Below are positions 33,400-45,776 of a stretch of DNA of 64,000 nt, piece by piece. The stretch comes from Corallochytrium limacisporum Hawaii. Taxonomy: Eukaryota; Protista; Pluriformea. The position numbers were made by a program, and so were the translations under genes. Numbering within the stretch: position 1 is the first letter of the stretch; each line of letters begins with the position of its first letter. The notes below the pieces were generated by a model that made no database searches, was not told where the DNA came from, and saw nothing but the letters and a program-made list of their open reading frames with translations. The DNA lies in the NCBI GenBank assembly GCA_002811645.1, contig PDIP01000042.1, forward strand, positions 1-64,000, in the 5' to 3' direction.

Positions 33400-36300
33400 C
33401 TCTCTCCTTGCTTTTTTTTTCTTCTTTTTAGTTCCAAGCTCCGGTCGTGATGACGCGCCCGGCCTGTCTTGACCAGGCGGCAGAATGCTGCAGTCGTATG
33501 GCCACATACCTCGCACGGCTGATACTGTCCAATGTACTGAACCCGGTGATTACTTGATATATGGCAAATGGGAGCCGGAGGTAGTCATCACTATCTATAC
33601 GCAGAAATCAAAGGGAGAAAAATGCGCAGTGGCACGATAGGGTAAATGCGGCAGTTTCGCAGACGGACTAAGTGGCCTATCCTGCGGAAGCTTCGTTTCC
33701 ATAGTGAATGTACTTGATTACGAAAGAAAGGGTGGGGGGGGGTGAGNNNNNNNNNNNNNNNNNNNNNNNNNNNNNNNNNNNNNNNNNNNNNNNNNNNNNN
33801 NNNNNNNNNNNNNNNNNNNNNNNNNNNNNNNNNNNNNNNNNNNNNNNNNNNNNNNNNNNNNNNNNNNNNNNNNNNNNNNNNNNNNNNNNNNNNNNNNNNN
33901 NNNNNNNNNNNNNNNNNNNNNNNNNNNNNNNNNNNNNNNNNNNNNNNNNNNNNNNNNNNNNNNNNNNNNNNNNNNNNNNNNNNNNNNNNNNNNNNNNNNN
34001 NNNNNNNNNNNNNNNNNNNNNNNNNNNNNNNNNNNNNNNNNNNNNNNNNNNNNNNNNNNNNNNNNNNNNNNNNNNNNNNNNNNNNNNNNNNNNNNNNNNN
34101 NNNNNNNNNNNNNNNNNNNNNNNNNNNNNNNNNNNNNNNNNNNNNNNNNNNNNNNNNNNNNNNNNNNNNNNNNNNNNNNNNNNNNNNNNNNNNNNNNNNN
34201 NNNNNNNNNNNNNNNNNNNNNNGGCGGGCGGGTACCTCAATCCGTCGGGAGAAGCAAAACAGACAAGGGCGGGCAGCAGCGGTGAAAGAAAAAATGAAAT
34301 GATGAGCGAGAAAAGGGGAGGTGTTGGAGGGGGGAGGGGGGAAGGATGGGCGGGTTTTTGGTGGGTGGGTGGGTGTGTGCTTTCTTTTCTTTGGTTTTTT
34401 TTTTGAGAACGGGCATTTATCTTTCTTTTCTTTCTTTTTGTTCTGTGTTTGCCCCGCTTTGTCTTCCTTTTTCTTTCTTTTGAGAGTTGCGCGCGCTCTC
34501 TGTGCCCCTAGGCAGAGCGAGAAAACGTCTCGGGTGCCGCCTAGTGAAACACAGCCGGAAGACGGACGAACGAGCAAGGGTGGAGAAGAAGGGGGGGGAG
34601 AGAGCTGGGGAGTGTTTGTGTTTCTCTTCGGTTTATCAACGGTCACCAAAAAAAAAAAAAAATAAGAAAAAGAAGGGAAGGGAGCGTTTGCGGATCGATA
34701 CCAAGTCCAAGCCACGCCCACCCACCCCCGACACACACGCACGTCGGGGGGCTACGCAGATCTGGCGATTCATTATATATATATATCCGTATGTTTTTAT
34801 TTGTTATTAAAGTAGGTATTTATCCAAAGTTTTTGATATTCCGGATATTTAATGGTCACCCAAGCACAGTGTGGTTGGCTCCCAAGTCGGCAGGAGACGC
34901 CGAACCCCCAAAGTCGGGAGAACGAGCGGGTTTAGAAAAATCGATCTTACTCCTCCGGGACTTTTTCCGCCCCCCTCCCCCGCTGTCTCCCCTAAAACTT
35001 TCTTTGCTTTTCCTTTTACTCGGTGCTTTTAAAAAGCCCGGGGGAACTTTTTTTGGTTGGGTTTGTTGAAGTTTTCTTCTTTCTTTTTTCCTTCTGGGTT
35101 GGCTTGCCTTGCTGGTTGCCACCAGCTCCCGCACTTCCGGGGAGACGCAATCGTCGTTTGGTTCTTCTTTCTATGGTAAACCTACCCACTAATGTCGTAT
35201 CGTGCAAATCAAGTAGTAAAGAAGAATTAAGAATTGAAAGGGGAAGGGAACAGGCCCCGATCTTACACACACACACACACAAAAACCCTTGCGCTCTATC
35301 TATCTCGCGTCCTTGTTCGGTTGTGTGTGTGTATCTTGCATGTCACTTGCACGCCTTCTTCTCGTTTCCCTTTGGCTCATTCTTACCATTTTCATTGCGA
35401 GTTTTCGGGGAATTGATCGGCTGGGGTTGAAAGCCGAAGCCGAAATCGTGCGGGTTTTGCGTAGTAGGCAGAAAAGGAAAAAGGGGCGCTTGGGCAAACA
35501 TTCGAAATTGGACCCGCGCCGAGTGGTGGTAGTGGCAGCAAGGCAACTCAGCAGCAGCAGCAGCAGCAGCAAGAGCAAGAGCAAGAGCAACAGGGTGATT
35601 TTGTTATCGTGTGTTGCGGCAGGGCACGGAGCAACACAACCGGCCGTGTTTGGATTGGCCTGCCCAGGCCATCTGCGATGATAGAACGAGACAAGTACGG
35701 ACGGGTTTCAAAATTGGTTACACACATCGGTGAGTCACGGCGTTAGTTTCACTGGCGGAAGGGGTTACGTTGTAAAGGTTAAGAGAGAGAGAGAGAGAGC
35801 CAAAAAGAAGGCCCCCCCCGGGGCAAGACGCCCCGGGGGAGAGAGCGGGGAGAGGAAAAGCGCGCGCGCCAGAAGAAAGAGAGGAGGGAGGGAGGATCCC
35901 CGAGAAGGAAGGAAGGAAGGAAGGAAGGAGGGAGGGGAGGGAGGGATGTAACCCGGGATAAAAAACGAAAAAAAAAAGAAACGCTCCCCTTTTTTCTTTT
36001 TGAATAAACTTTGTTGGTCTATACACACACACACTAAAAAAAGCCGACCAAAACTGAACCGGGAACACACGGAAAAGAGGGGGTGAGGGGGGGGCGCCAA
36101 CGACACCAAAATTCTCATCCATTTTTTCCCGTTCCTTCAAAGCGAGCGCCAACATTCGCCGTGCTCCACGTCTTTCAGACCAATGGGGGAGAGAAGAGCA
36201 AGAGAGGGGAGACAGCCCCCCGGGGGGGGGGGACCCTTGCCATCGATAGAGAGAAGTACCGACGCCCACCCTCCATTAAAAAATGAAAATCGTGTAGAAA

Positions 36301-39300
36301 AGTAATGCGCGGCAATCAGACCATACGCGCGCACGCCGCGCACGCCACGCACGCCACGCACCAAGTGGAAAGGGGAAATGATGGCCGAACGCTCGGCATT
36401 CAAAGCAAGGAACAATCGCAAGAAAGCGAAATAAAAAAAGGAAAGAAAGGAATGAGAGAGAGAGGGAGGGGTCCAACACAAAACAATAAAGAACTAAAAA
36501 AAAAGCAATGAAATCTGACCCGACCACGGAACACGCGTGGTATATATCTTTTTCTTTTCTTTCTAGGTTGTTACTTTCTGTCTCTATTGTGTCTGGTGCG
36601 TCTTTGTAGTGTTTTTTTTTGCTTACAGGCGAGTATTGTGTTCTTCCTTCTTTTTTTCCCTCTCTCTCTCTCTCTCTTTTGCGGAAAATGTCGGGTTCTT
36701 GCCTCCGCGCCACTTTTTTGTTGTGTCGGCTGTTTTTCATTGGTCCCCTTTGCGGCGTCCCAACGGTGGTTGGGTTTCTTTTTTTCGTTTAGGCCCCTTT
36801 TTTCTTTGTTCCGTCTTTGCTCTCAATACTGGCGGATGAGAAAGTTAGGAGGCGGACGCACTACCACCACCACCAACGACGACGACGACGACGACCGACT
36901 ACCGACGACGACGTTTTAAGTGTCTTGCGAAGTGGGGTTTGGTTTGTCAAAATTTGTGTATTTTGGGCTCTCTTGGGGGGAGGCAGGAGACCGGAAAAAA
37001 TAAATGCTGACTTTCCTTTTCAGCAGGGAGCTGTGTGGGTGGGTTTTGGGTGGAGAGGAGAACGTAGACAGAGAGGGAGAGTGTGTGTGTGTGAAAGAGA
37101 GAGAGAGAGAGGAACAGAGACAAAGGAGAGAGGTCCACCCCCCCCCTCCGGGGCCCTGGGGAACTTTCTCGGACGTTCGTTTGGTGGTCCTGCCCCATCC
37201 CTGCCTTTTGCCCGGCTGACTGACTGACTGGCTGACGGGTTGGTTCTCTAGCTCAGTCGGAGAGACAAAATCTCTCTCTCTCTCTCTCTCTTCTCCCTGT
37301 CTCTGTCACTGTCTCTCAGTGTGTGCCTGTGTGTGTGTGTGCCCAGTGTGTATGAAAGCGTCCCGGACGCGCGTATGTGGCTGGTTTGGACGAGGATCCG
37401 TTATTTTTTTTTGTTTTTTTTTGGCTTGGTGCATGCCCGCACGGACTCTCTCTCTCTCTCTCTCCCGAAGGAAATCCTTAGTTGGTCGTTAAATTCTTCA
37501 AGTGCTTCCACTGGCAAGATTTTCAATAGTGTATGTACTGAATTGTGTAGTAAATTGTGGTGTATTTGGTGGATGGGGACCCCATCGTTCCGGAACGATG
37601 GGCAGGCGTTCCTTTTCATCCAGCTTCCGCGCGTCTTCCTTTCCAACGCTTTTTTCTTCTTCTTCGGCCGTTATTTTTTATCTATGTTTGGCACTCCTTT
37701 CCGACTTAACGCTTCATAGATATTAATTTCTTGTGGCTTTTTTTTTCTTCATTTAATTTTCATTTGGGTCGCTGCAGCCTTTGGGCTCTATTTTGCACCT
37801 GGTCGGGCGCGCGCAGGGACGCGGTTTCCTTGATTTTTTATTCTTGGGTGTTGTGGCCGGTTTAGTTCTTCCCGCCCTCCCACTTTCTCCTCGCCTACCC
37901 ATCCACCGTCTGTCTTCGTTTTTGCTATTTTCTCTTTCCGTTTTCTTTTTTGGCCTGACCACTGCCACTCCCCTTTTCCCTTGTTTGCTGATTTTTAATA
38001 TTGGAAAGTTCTTTTCTTTCTCACTCTTCTTCGGTTTGTGTTTTTTTTCTTGTTGGTTGGATTCGATTTTTATTTCATTTCTGTGTTGGGGGAGGGGGGG
38101 AAAGACGAGACGGACAAGGGCACGCGTAGTGCCATGACACGCCACCCCAACTCCCTTTTCTGCCGTTTCCTTTTCTCAGTCTCACCTTCGCTCTTTCTAC
38201 TCGCGCGCGCGATCTCTCTCTCTCTCTCTCTGTCTGTCTGTCTCTCTGTGTACCTTCCACCGCAAACCCAGCCCTCCCTTCCCTGTCTCCCGCATCAGTT
38301 TTTTTTTGTCCTTGTCGTTTCTCTTTTTGGCCTTCGTCTTAACGTAGCGTGTGCTGGCTTGCAGCGGCTCCTTTGCTTCCTGTGCCTTGGTGGTACATTC
38401 ACTACTGATAGATGGTGGTCCAGGAGATTTTTTCCCTTTTTTTTTGGGTGTTGGGGAAGCGGTAAGGACGGGCGGCGTGCTTCCCCCCCCCCCAAAAAAA
38501 TGGGGGAGNNNNNNNNNNNNNNNNNNNNNNNNNNNNNNNNNNCAAAAAAATGGGGGGGGGGGGGGGGTGTTAGATGGCCAGAAGGAGAGAAGGGGGACCG
38601 AACGGCGCGGAGTTGGAGGGGGGGTTCGTGTTCCTTTTCCATCGCAGAGTCATCAAAAAATCATACTAATTCACTATACCTAATCCAAAAATGGCCTCAC
38701 GAGAGTGTTGAGGCATACACACACACACACGCTCTCATGGACTTTTGGTACGCTCGGATTAGCAGGGTTGGCCGAGGAAAGCACGATGTTCCAGCACGGG
38801 ACTTACTCATTCTCTCTCTCACTACCAGCAGCGCAGCAGGAAGAAAAAGAATAAAAAGAGGGGGGGTTGGGTTTAGAGGGAGAGAGAGAGAGATAGAAAA
38901 AGGGGGAAGACGGGACCAGCTGGATGCTCCGAAGCAAAAGAAAAAAAGAAAAAGCAGTTGAATCAGCCTTCGTTCGGTTGCATTTTCTATATTAAATGTG
39001 TGATGTTTCGGGAAGCCAAAATTAAAGGAAAAGCAAAAAAGGTGTGCTCGCCGTGACGCGGGCAGGAGGGGGAGGGGGGAGAAAGCCCCGGAAGCGTTGA
39101 GAGCAAAAGAGCGCGCAGTGCGGGGATTGTCAGGCAAAGGCCTTCTCTCTCTCTCTCAAACTCTCAAACTCTCGCTCTCTCTCTCTCTCTGTCTGTGTGG
39201 CTCTCTCTCGCTCCTTCTCGTCCTTCTCGTCCTCTCCGCGCGTCGAAATGTCGGGCGTGTGTGTGTGTGTGCGAGTGTGTAAGTACCGGGTGGCTCTGCG

Positions 39301-39780
39301 CCCCTTTCTCTTTTGTGTTCTCTAATTCTCCCTTTCTCCTGGTTATTATGTAATTTGGCTGGGCAATTTTTCATCGATTTTCATCTCTGGAGAGAGAGAG
39401 GCAGAGGGGGAGGGGGAGAGGGAGGCGCTCTTCTGCGCCATTTTTTTTCCATTTTGCTTTAATACTTTCCAGGGGTTGGTTGGTGGTGGTCCCTGCGCTT
39501 CCCTTTCCTTTCCCCTTTACTTTCTCCCACTTTTTTTCCGTGCTTTTGCTTTTCTCACTACTCCCCCCCCCCTCCCGCCGTCCCCTTCTCCTCGTCCTCC
39601 TTGCCTCCTCCACCTCCCGGGGCTCCGGGGTCCTTCCTCCCCTTCTCTGGGCGAATGACCTTTTGGGCTTGCGTTGCACACAATTCGCACACACACACAC
39701 GCACACACACACACACAGACAGACAGACAGAGAGACAGAAGTTGCCCTTCGAACGTGAGTGTGTGTGGTGTGCGTTCAAT
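32800..39780. repeat. Microsatellite/low-complexity tract: (CT)n, (GA)n, (CA)n, (CAG)n, (GAC)n, (GGAA)n, (CTGA)n and poly-A/T/G/C
   Basis: Examples: (CT)~31 at 33334-33395, (CAG)n near 35550, (GGAA)n near 35905, (GAC)n near 36878, (CA)n near 39690. No credible ORF. Confidence 0.9.
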
Positions 39781-40444
39781 TTTGTTCTTTTTTATCTTTT
39801 GCTTTGGGTTTCATAGGTTTTGTGAACCTTTTGGGAATAGTACCGTTGTTCGTCCAGCGTCCTTCATTCGGAACACGGAATTGACCAAAGAAAGTGTGAC
39901 ATGGAATCTTCAGCCACTAACGTTTTCGCGAAAAGGTACGTCAGGGGCGTCTGCATCGAATGATTTACATCCTACGGACGCCCATTAGTATTAACACTGG
40001 GTAACAGTGGAGGAACACTGGTTATAATTTTGTGCCGGTGCCAAAGTGTATTTAGGATATTCAGCACTAAGAACGTACAGAGTTAGTGAAGAGTGACGGA
40101 TACGAAGGATCACGCGTTTCAGGTCAGCAGCAAGTGTGAACTAATTCAAATTCTTAACACAACAAAAAAAACCCAAATTGGTGACACGCTCACTGATTGA
40201 CTAATCTTGCGAGTAATTTGGCCTTTTGCGATAGCCATGAAGAATTTTACTGGACGTTGGACGAAGTAACACAAGGAAACGAACGACCTCGGGAAACAAA
40301 ATAACCACACACGTATTTTGGCCTGAGCACCAGTAAGTAATCACACAAGGCAAATTTTCAGAAACTCTCAAAAGCAATTGTACACTGGGGAAATAGCGGT
40401 AAATTGCGAAAGAAATCCTTGCACTATCTAAAGAGCAAACAAAA

Positions 40445-41875
40445 ATGGTGAAGAAGGACCATCGGGACCCCATTGACCAGGCCGCGTTCAACTTGCCTGA
40501 GTTCAATGCGAACATGAAGGCGTTCGCGCCCCAACGCCCGAGTGCAGTTGATAATTCACTATTCAATGATTCGTACAGTCTGGCCGCCAGAGGCAGCATG
40601 CCCAACCTCGGAGGTGGTCTTGGCAATTTCTCCAGCGAATTTAATGTCCGTGGACATTCGGTGCAGTACAACACGGGCGACTTCGATTTTAAGGCGTTTG
40701 CAGAGCAGGCTCCGGCCGGTGCCGGGCCGGCGTCAGGCAATGCCAACAACGGTGGTGACTTTATGGACACCCGGGAACTGACAGACATTTGCAACCCAAT
40801 CAGTGACTCGGAGTCGGCGTTCGTGGCTGACGACCTCGAGGCAAAGGAAGCCAAACGGGCTGCCCACATTGAGGCAGAAAAGAAGCGTAGGAACAAGATT
40901 AAGAACGGGTTTGATGATCTCAAGGCGATCATTCCGCAGGTCAAACGTGTGGCCAACAAGCGCTTCAGTAAGGCCGCCCTGCTGAACACCGCCATCGAAT
41001 TCATTCAGTCACTACTCAGTCAACGGCAGCAGCTGCGTGACGAGTTTATGCGTCTGAGCTACGAAGTGAAGTCACTCAAAGCCGTTATCGACGAATATCA
41101 TATGATGGTGCAGGCGGAAAGTGACGAGGAAAAGGACATTATTTACAAGAAGCTCATGGAACGCGACGAGTTCCGCAACAAGGTGCCCCCAGACACGCTC
41201 GAAGGTGCGAAATTCTATATTTTCTGTCAGATTGTAGAAATGCTTTTCGAATCCTTCTACACTGTGGTCAGTCTGGACTCTCCGGATGCCCTGAGTACGT
41301 CGCTGCTCGCTTGGGCCAGAGATTACTGCCGCAGCGATTTGATCCAAAATGTAGTGCTGGGCACCATGGGTCGCGTAATTGGACTTGTCGCGCCCGAATA
41401 CCAGACTGAGGTCGGTAAATGGCTGACGAACTTTGAGGAAGTTAGCCGAGAGATGAAGGTGGAGCACGAACAGTCGCAGAACCACCTTTTGGGAGCGCCA
41501 AATGCTCCTTCGGAACACACGGGCAGACACGCAACAGGTTCAAACAGAAACAACAGCAAGGTATCATTATCAACAGCACCATCAACATCCTTTACAGAAC
41601 ACAACAAGGCGTCCGCAGGAGCATCGTCAACGACTTCAAAACAGAATAAGAGTTCGTCAGCGTCGGCATCGTCATCAGACCCTGCTTCAGCTGCGGCGGC
41701 GGCGGCGGCGGCGGCAGCCGCTGCTGCTGCTGCTGCTGCTGCTGCTGCCGCTGCCGCCGCTGCCGCCGCGGGTGGACCGAACGAATCCGCGAGTCAGGGA
41801 TCGGCGCACTCTGCAACTGACTACGGTCGGCGAGAGGTCGCTGTCGGTGGACACCAGGTGCGGGGACGGAAATGA
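40445..41875 (+). CDS. MLX: bHLH-ZIP transcription factor of the MLX/Mondo family, with a 27-Ala tract
   Basis: RAAHIEAEKKRRNKIKNGFDDLKAIIP...SKAALLNTAIEFIQSL, leucine zipper, then a DCD-like domain KFYIFCQIVEMLFESF...SLLAWARDYC. No Mondo N-terminal region is visible. Confidence 0.8.
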   Translation: MVKKDHRDPIDQAAFNLPEFNANMKAFAPQRPSAVDNSLFNDSYSLAARGSMPNLGGGLGNFSSEFNVRGHSVQYNTGDFDFKAFAEQAPAGAGPASGNANNGGDFMDTRELTDICNPISDSESAFVADDLEAKEAKRAAHIEAEKKRRNKIKNGFDDLKAIIPQVKRVANKRFSKAALLNTAIEFIQSLLSQRQQLRDEFMRLSYEVKSLKAVIDEYHMMVQAESDEEKDIIYKKLMERDEFRNKVPPDTLEGAKFYIFCQIVEMLFESFYTVVSLDSPDALSTSLLAWARDYCRSDLIQNVVLGTMGRVIGLVAPEYQTEVGKWLTNFEEVSREMKVEHEQSQNHLLGAPNAPSEHTGRHATGSNRNNSKVSLSTAPSTSFTEHNKASAGASSTTSKQNKSSSASASSSDPASAAAAAAAAAAAAAAAAAAAAAAAAAAAGGPNESASQGSAHSATDYGRREVAVGGHQVRGRK

Positions 41876-42268
41876 GGCAGTCGTAAGCTGGATTCCAAAA
41901 ACTTCATCAAAGGGTATCACACCGTCCCAAATAACCTCAACTTTAATTCACTATCGAGACCGTCGTCTTAATTTTCACTGCTACACATTTTATCAATATA
42001 TGGTGATGCATAGCAATCGGTCCTCGCTGTTGAGACAGTTTAAGTTTTCGCCTGCACTTGGCATTTTTCGTGTGCCATTTCGTTCTGGTCACTACTTGGA
42101 AAGGCAGTTTTCTAATTCACCAAACGGTGGAGGCTGTTTGCACATGAGATCGACTTTCTTACACAGTTTATCGTTAACGGAAGAGAACCGTACAAATGCA
42201 AAAAAAAAAAATGAGTTCTTTAACAGGGCCATGTCACTTGAGTTTCGTTTTCTACTGACGAAGAAGTC

Positions 42269-42568
42269 CTATGACTCCACCAACTGCAGTGGTTGAATCA
42301 AGGAGATAGTATCGCCCTTGAGCATGATGCGTCCAATGTCGATACGTTCGCCCACGCTGATTCCTTTCGATCCCTTCAGGTGCACTTCCGTGGCTTGTTC
42401 CATAACCAGGTTCATGTACTCATCAAACCCCACAATGACGCCCTCGATGCGCAGGCCTGCATCCTCGTACAGCCACACTGAGACTCGCTGTTTGTTCTGC
42501 AAGAACCGAAAGACAAGGTTAATTGGTGGCACAATGACCTTCTGTTGCTGTCTTCCTTTCCCACTCAT
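42269..42568 (-). CDS. SNRPE: Small nuclear ribonucleoprotein E (SmE)
   Basis: QKVIVPPINLVFRFLQ...WLYE...RIEGVIVGFDEYMNLV...GRIMLKGDTISLIQ. Confidence 0.97.
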   Translation of the reverse strand: MSGKGRQQQKVIVPPINLVFRFLQNKQRVSVWLYEDAGLRIEGVIVGFDEYMNLVMEQATEVHLKGSKGISVGERIDIGRIMLKGDTISLIQPLQLVES

Positions 42569-42900
42569 GGCTCTGACTACGGTTTTGTTGTTTGCGTTTT
42601 ATCTATGGTATGTGGACAATTCCCAATGCAGAAGCAAATCACTGGTCACATGGCATATGGCAGTTCACGAAGTTTTCTATGGAATCCATGCAAGCCACCC
42701 ATTACGATTCAAATTCCGGTAGGATCTCCAAACTCCCTGTAGCGGTAGTTCAGTAAAGGTTAAATGTGGACCGGGCTTTTCATCTGAAATACTACAATTT
42801 AACCCGTGCGCCCCATGGTGGGCGACGTGCGCGCCCAACATCCACGGCACGGGCTTCGGTGCCGGCGGCTCAGTCCCAGTGCTCCTCTCCCCCGCCCCCA

Positions 42901-42910
42901 GGCGGGAAAA
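42901..42910 (+). promoter_or_regulatory. E2F-like site GGCGGGAAAA in the SmE/CASP divergent promoter
   Basis: Same 10-mer as 6344-6353. Confidence 0.35.
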
Positions 42911-43322
42911 CCTGAAAAAGAAACAAGAATGAAAGGCGGCTATGGGAGAGGCTGAGGCCGGCTCGAGCGCCCGGAGGGCCCCCCGGAGCCGCAAGGAGTC
43001 CGTTACGATCATTCCAATGTTGGCAGCGAAAATGGTTTGCTTTCATTTGTATCCTCTTCTATGTCTCGTTGCTCCGAAGCAGCCGTCTCCTTATCGTACT
43101 TAACGATTCCCTAGAACCCATGATCCACAAAGTGCTTGAGGTCAATCTTCCATAGAGCACGAGGCCGACCGCGCCGTTAAAGAAAGCAAACAACAGGGGG
43201 AAATGCACTATGATTGCATTTCAAACGGGAAGAAGCCTGAAATCATAAGCACCATGTAGAGGTACCGGTGTGAAAGTGCAAATCTTTTCGTCCGATAAAA
43301 GAAAGCGACAGACAGAGAAACC

Positions 43323-45776
43323 ATGAGCGCTGCCGAAGCAGCGGCGGGATCGATGCAGAGCGTCGCAGATCTCAACGACTTGCAAAGTGCGCTCGACGAT
43401 GCGATTGCTGATGTCACCGATCGGCAAAAGAAGGGTGATGAAGGCCGCAAGGCTTTGGTTGGTCTTTTCAAAAGATTCCGGGCAGAAACACCTGACGAAG
43501 AGCGTAAAAAGGTCGGACCGTTGATCCGTGCCTTCCAGACCGAGACAGACAGTCTTACACGCCGGTGTAGGGTAGCAGAGGCAATGATTGTTGACATTTA
43601 CGACGCCATTCTGCGTGTGAATGACGGGAAGGTAGGACAGTCAGTGCTGGGCAAGGACGAATCACCACAGCATAAGAGCAATGAAGATCCAATGGCGAAG
43701 ACTGTTGTGCTCAGCGCCGAAGACCATGCTGCGCTACAGACCCAGATTGATACCGCGACCAAAGGCCTGGCCGAGGCTAGGCGGCAATTAGGAGAGGTTA
43801 CGGCCGATAGAGACAAAGCTAAGGGTGCACTCGCCCAGTTCAAGGCCGAAGTCGCAGAGATCCGGAACCAGGACGGCGTGATCCAGCGACTACAACGTGA
43901 GCTCGCTGCAGAACGTCAGGTGACCCAAAACCGCAGCAAAGAGATTGAAGCAGAGAAAACCCGGGACCTTCAAACTGCACTGGAGGACTATAATCAGTCA
44001 ACTGCGGCAACCCTGGATGAACTGAGGGCGCAGCTCAGGGCGGAGGAGGCCAGGTCAAGGCAGTTGCAGGACCAATTGGATGCGATCCGAGGCGGCGGAA
44101 TCGGGGCAGCGGTCATTGATGGATCCGCCGCGGAAATTGGAAATGGATCTGATCTGAAGGACGCTGTCGGTGTTACGGTGGACGTGCGCGTTACCCAGGC
44201 CTTGCAGGAACAGATCAAGGCGTGCCAAGCTGAGATCAACGATCTCAATGCCGAACTCGATTCCGTCACAAGGGAGCGGGAAAGCTTACGATTAGAGAAT
44301 GAATCCCTAACCGCGGACCTCGATGCGGCCAAGGTGGGCAGTGCACCGGGAACGGTCAGTGCTGGTGGGGCATTCGGCTCCGTAGCTGGCGGATATGATG
44401 CTGGAGCGGAGATGGACGAGCTCGCGGCATCTCTTGGGGAAGAATTGGCTTCGGTCCGGCGCCAGTGCGAGGATCTTTCAGCGGAACTCTCAGTCACTCG
44501 CAGCCAGCGGGATGCTCTGCAAACCGAGGCCACAACCGCGGCAAAGGCGCTGGAATCCGACCGCCAGCGCCACGCACGCGAGCAAGATCTCTGGTCACGA
44601 ACAGAAGCCGATCTCCGTACCGCGATCGCGAATAGAGACAACCGGTTGCGACAGGTAGCTGACTACGATACCCTTCGGGAGGAGCTCCACGCGCTGAAGA
44701 TTGTGGAATTTGGGGACGACTATGAACGGCTAAAGGGTCATGATGGGGCCTTTCCAGATGGTCAAAACCGGGATGACAGCACGAATCCGGAGCAGTCACC
44801 TACACTAAACACGCTACTCGTGACCAAGAACCGAAAACTTGAGTCATCTCTGGTCGCTCTACGGCAGGAGGTCGATACACTCCGAGGAGGAAATGCCGAG
44901 CTCACGCAGAGCTTGATGCTAGCGCGTGAAGCGGAGCGCAAAAGCCGCACGACTGTGGAGACCTTGGAGCAAGATATTGAGCGGCTAAGGTCTGCGGGCA
45001 TGCCACCGTCGATTGGGCAACAGTCACCGACTGCACCCATCGACCCGGGTAGAGGTGCAGCCAGCGACCCGCTGACTCAGCATCTGCAGTCGTCATTGAC
45101 ATCATCGTCCGCTCCCACAGAGCAGCATGGTCGTACCATGGTGACCGACGGGCATATCCCCAACGACGGACAGCAACAGCAATCCCAACAGTCCCAACCG
45201 CAGACAGACATGAACGACCAACAGTCCATGGTAGGCATCCTGAAGGGCCAGCGCGATCGCCTGCGGGAAGCCAACGAAGAGCTGGTTGCAAGAAACCAAA
45301 AGATCGAGCAGCAACTTCGCGCGGCGCAGCAGCAGGTCAAGGACTTGGATAGAGACAATCTGCAGCTCTACGAACGTACAAGGTTTCTGGAAAGCTACAA
45401 AGGTGGGAATGAAGGACAGGGACAAGCATCACGTGGATCTGTGTCGGTCAAAGTCGACAATGACCGGTACGAACAGACCTACCGCCAAACTCTTGATCCG
45501 TTCAAGGAATTCAAGAGGCAGGAAAGGCAGCGCCAATTCGACCGCCTCAATGCCATTGATAAGGCCATCTTGCTTGGAGGACAGACGATTGTGAGCACCA
45601 AGACAACCCGCACAGTATTTTTCACCTACACTGTAGTGTTGCATGCTCTCGTATTCTTTACCATTATGCGCCTGTCTGCAACTGCACCGGACACGGGGAT
45701 TGGTGGCGAACAATGTGCCCAGTATCTGGCCCAACACATGAGTGAGGTGCACGGTGCTGCCGGTGATGGAAATTGA
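43323..45776 (+). CDS. CASP/Coy1 golgin (CUX1 alternatively spliced product family)
   Basis: N-terminal RKALVGLFKRFR...LIRAFQTETDSLTRR; DYDTLREELHALKIVEF; LLVTKNRKLES; QRDRLREANEEL; DNLQLYERTRFLESY; LDPFKEF; C-terminal TM FFTYTVVLHALVF. Confidence 0.92.
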   Translation: MSAAEAAAGSMQSVADLNDLQSALDDAIADVTDRQKKGDEGRKALVGLFKRFRAETPDEERKKVGPLIRAFQTETDSLTRRCRVAEAMIVDIYDAILRVNDGKVGQSVLGKDESPQHKSNEDPMAKTVVLSAEDHAALQTQIDTATKGLAEARRQLGEVTADRDKAKGALAQFKAEVAEIRNQDGVIQRLQRELAAERQVTQNRSKEIEAEKTRDLQTALEDYNQSTAATLDELRAQLRAEEARSRQLQDQLDAIRGGGIGAAVIDGSAAEIGNGSDLKDAVGVTVDVRVTQALQEQIKACQAEINDLNAELDSVTRERESLRLENESLTADLDAAKVGSAPGTVSAGGAFGSVAGGYDAGAEMDELAASLGEELASVRRQCEDLSAELSVTRSQRDALQTEATTAAKALESDRQRHAREQDLWSRTEADLRTAIANRDNRLRQVADYDTLREELHALKIVEFGDDYERLKGHDGAFPDGQNRDDSTNPEQSPTLNTLLVTKNRKLESSLVALRQEVDTLRGGNAELTQSLMLAREAERKSRTTVETLEQDIERLRSAGMPPSIGQQSPTAPIDPGRGAASDPLTQHLQSSLTSSSAPTEQHGRTMVTDGHIPNDGQQQQSQQSQPQTDMNDQQSMVGILKGQRDRLREANEELVARNQKIEQQLRAAQQQVKDLDRDNLQLYERTRFLESYKGGNEGQGQASRGSVSVKVDNDRYEQTYRQTLDPFKEFKRQERQRQFDRLNAIDKAILLGGQTIVSTKTTRTVFFTYTVVLHALVFFTIMRLSATAPDTGIGGEQCAQYLAQHMSEVHGAAGDGN

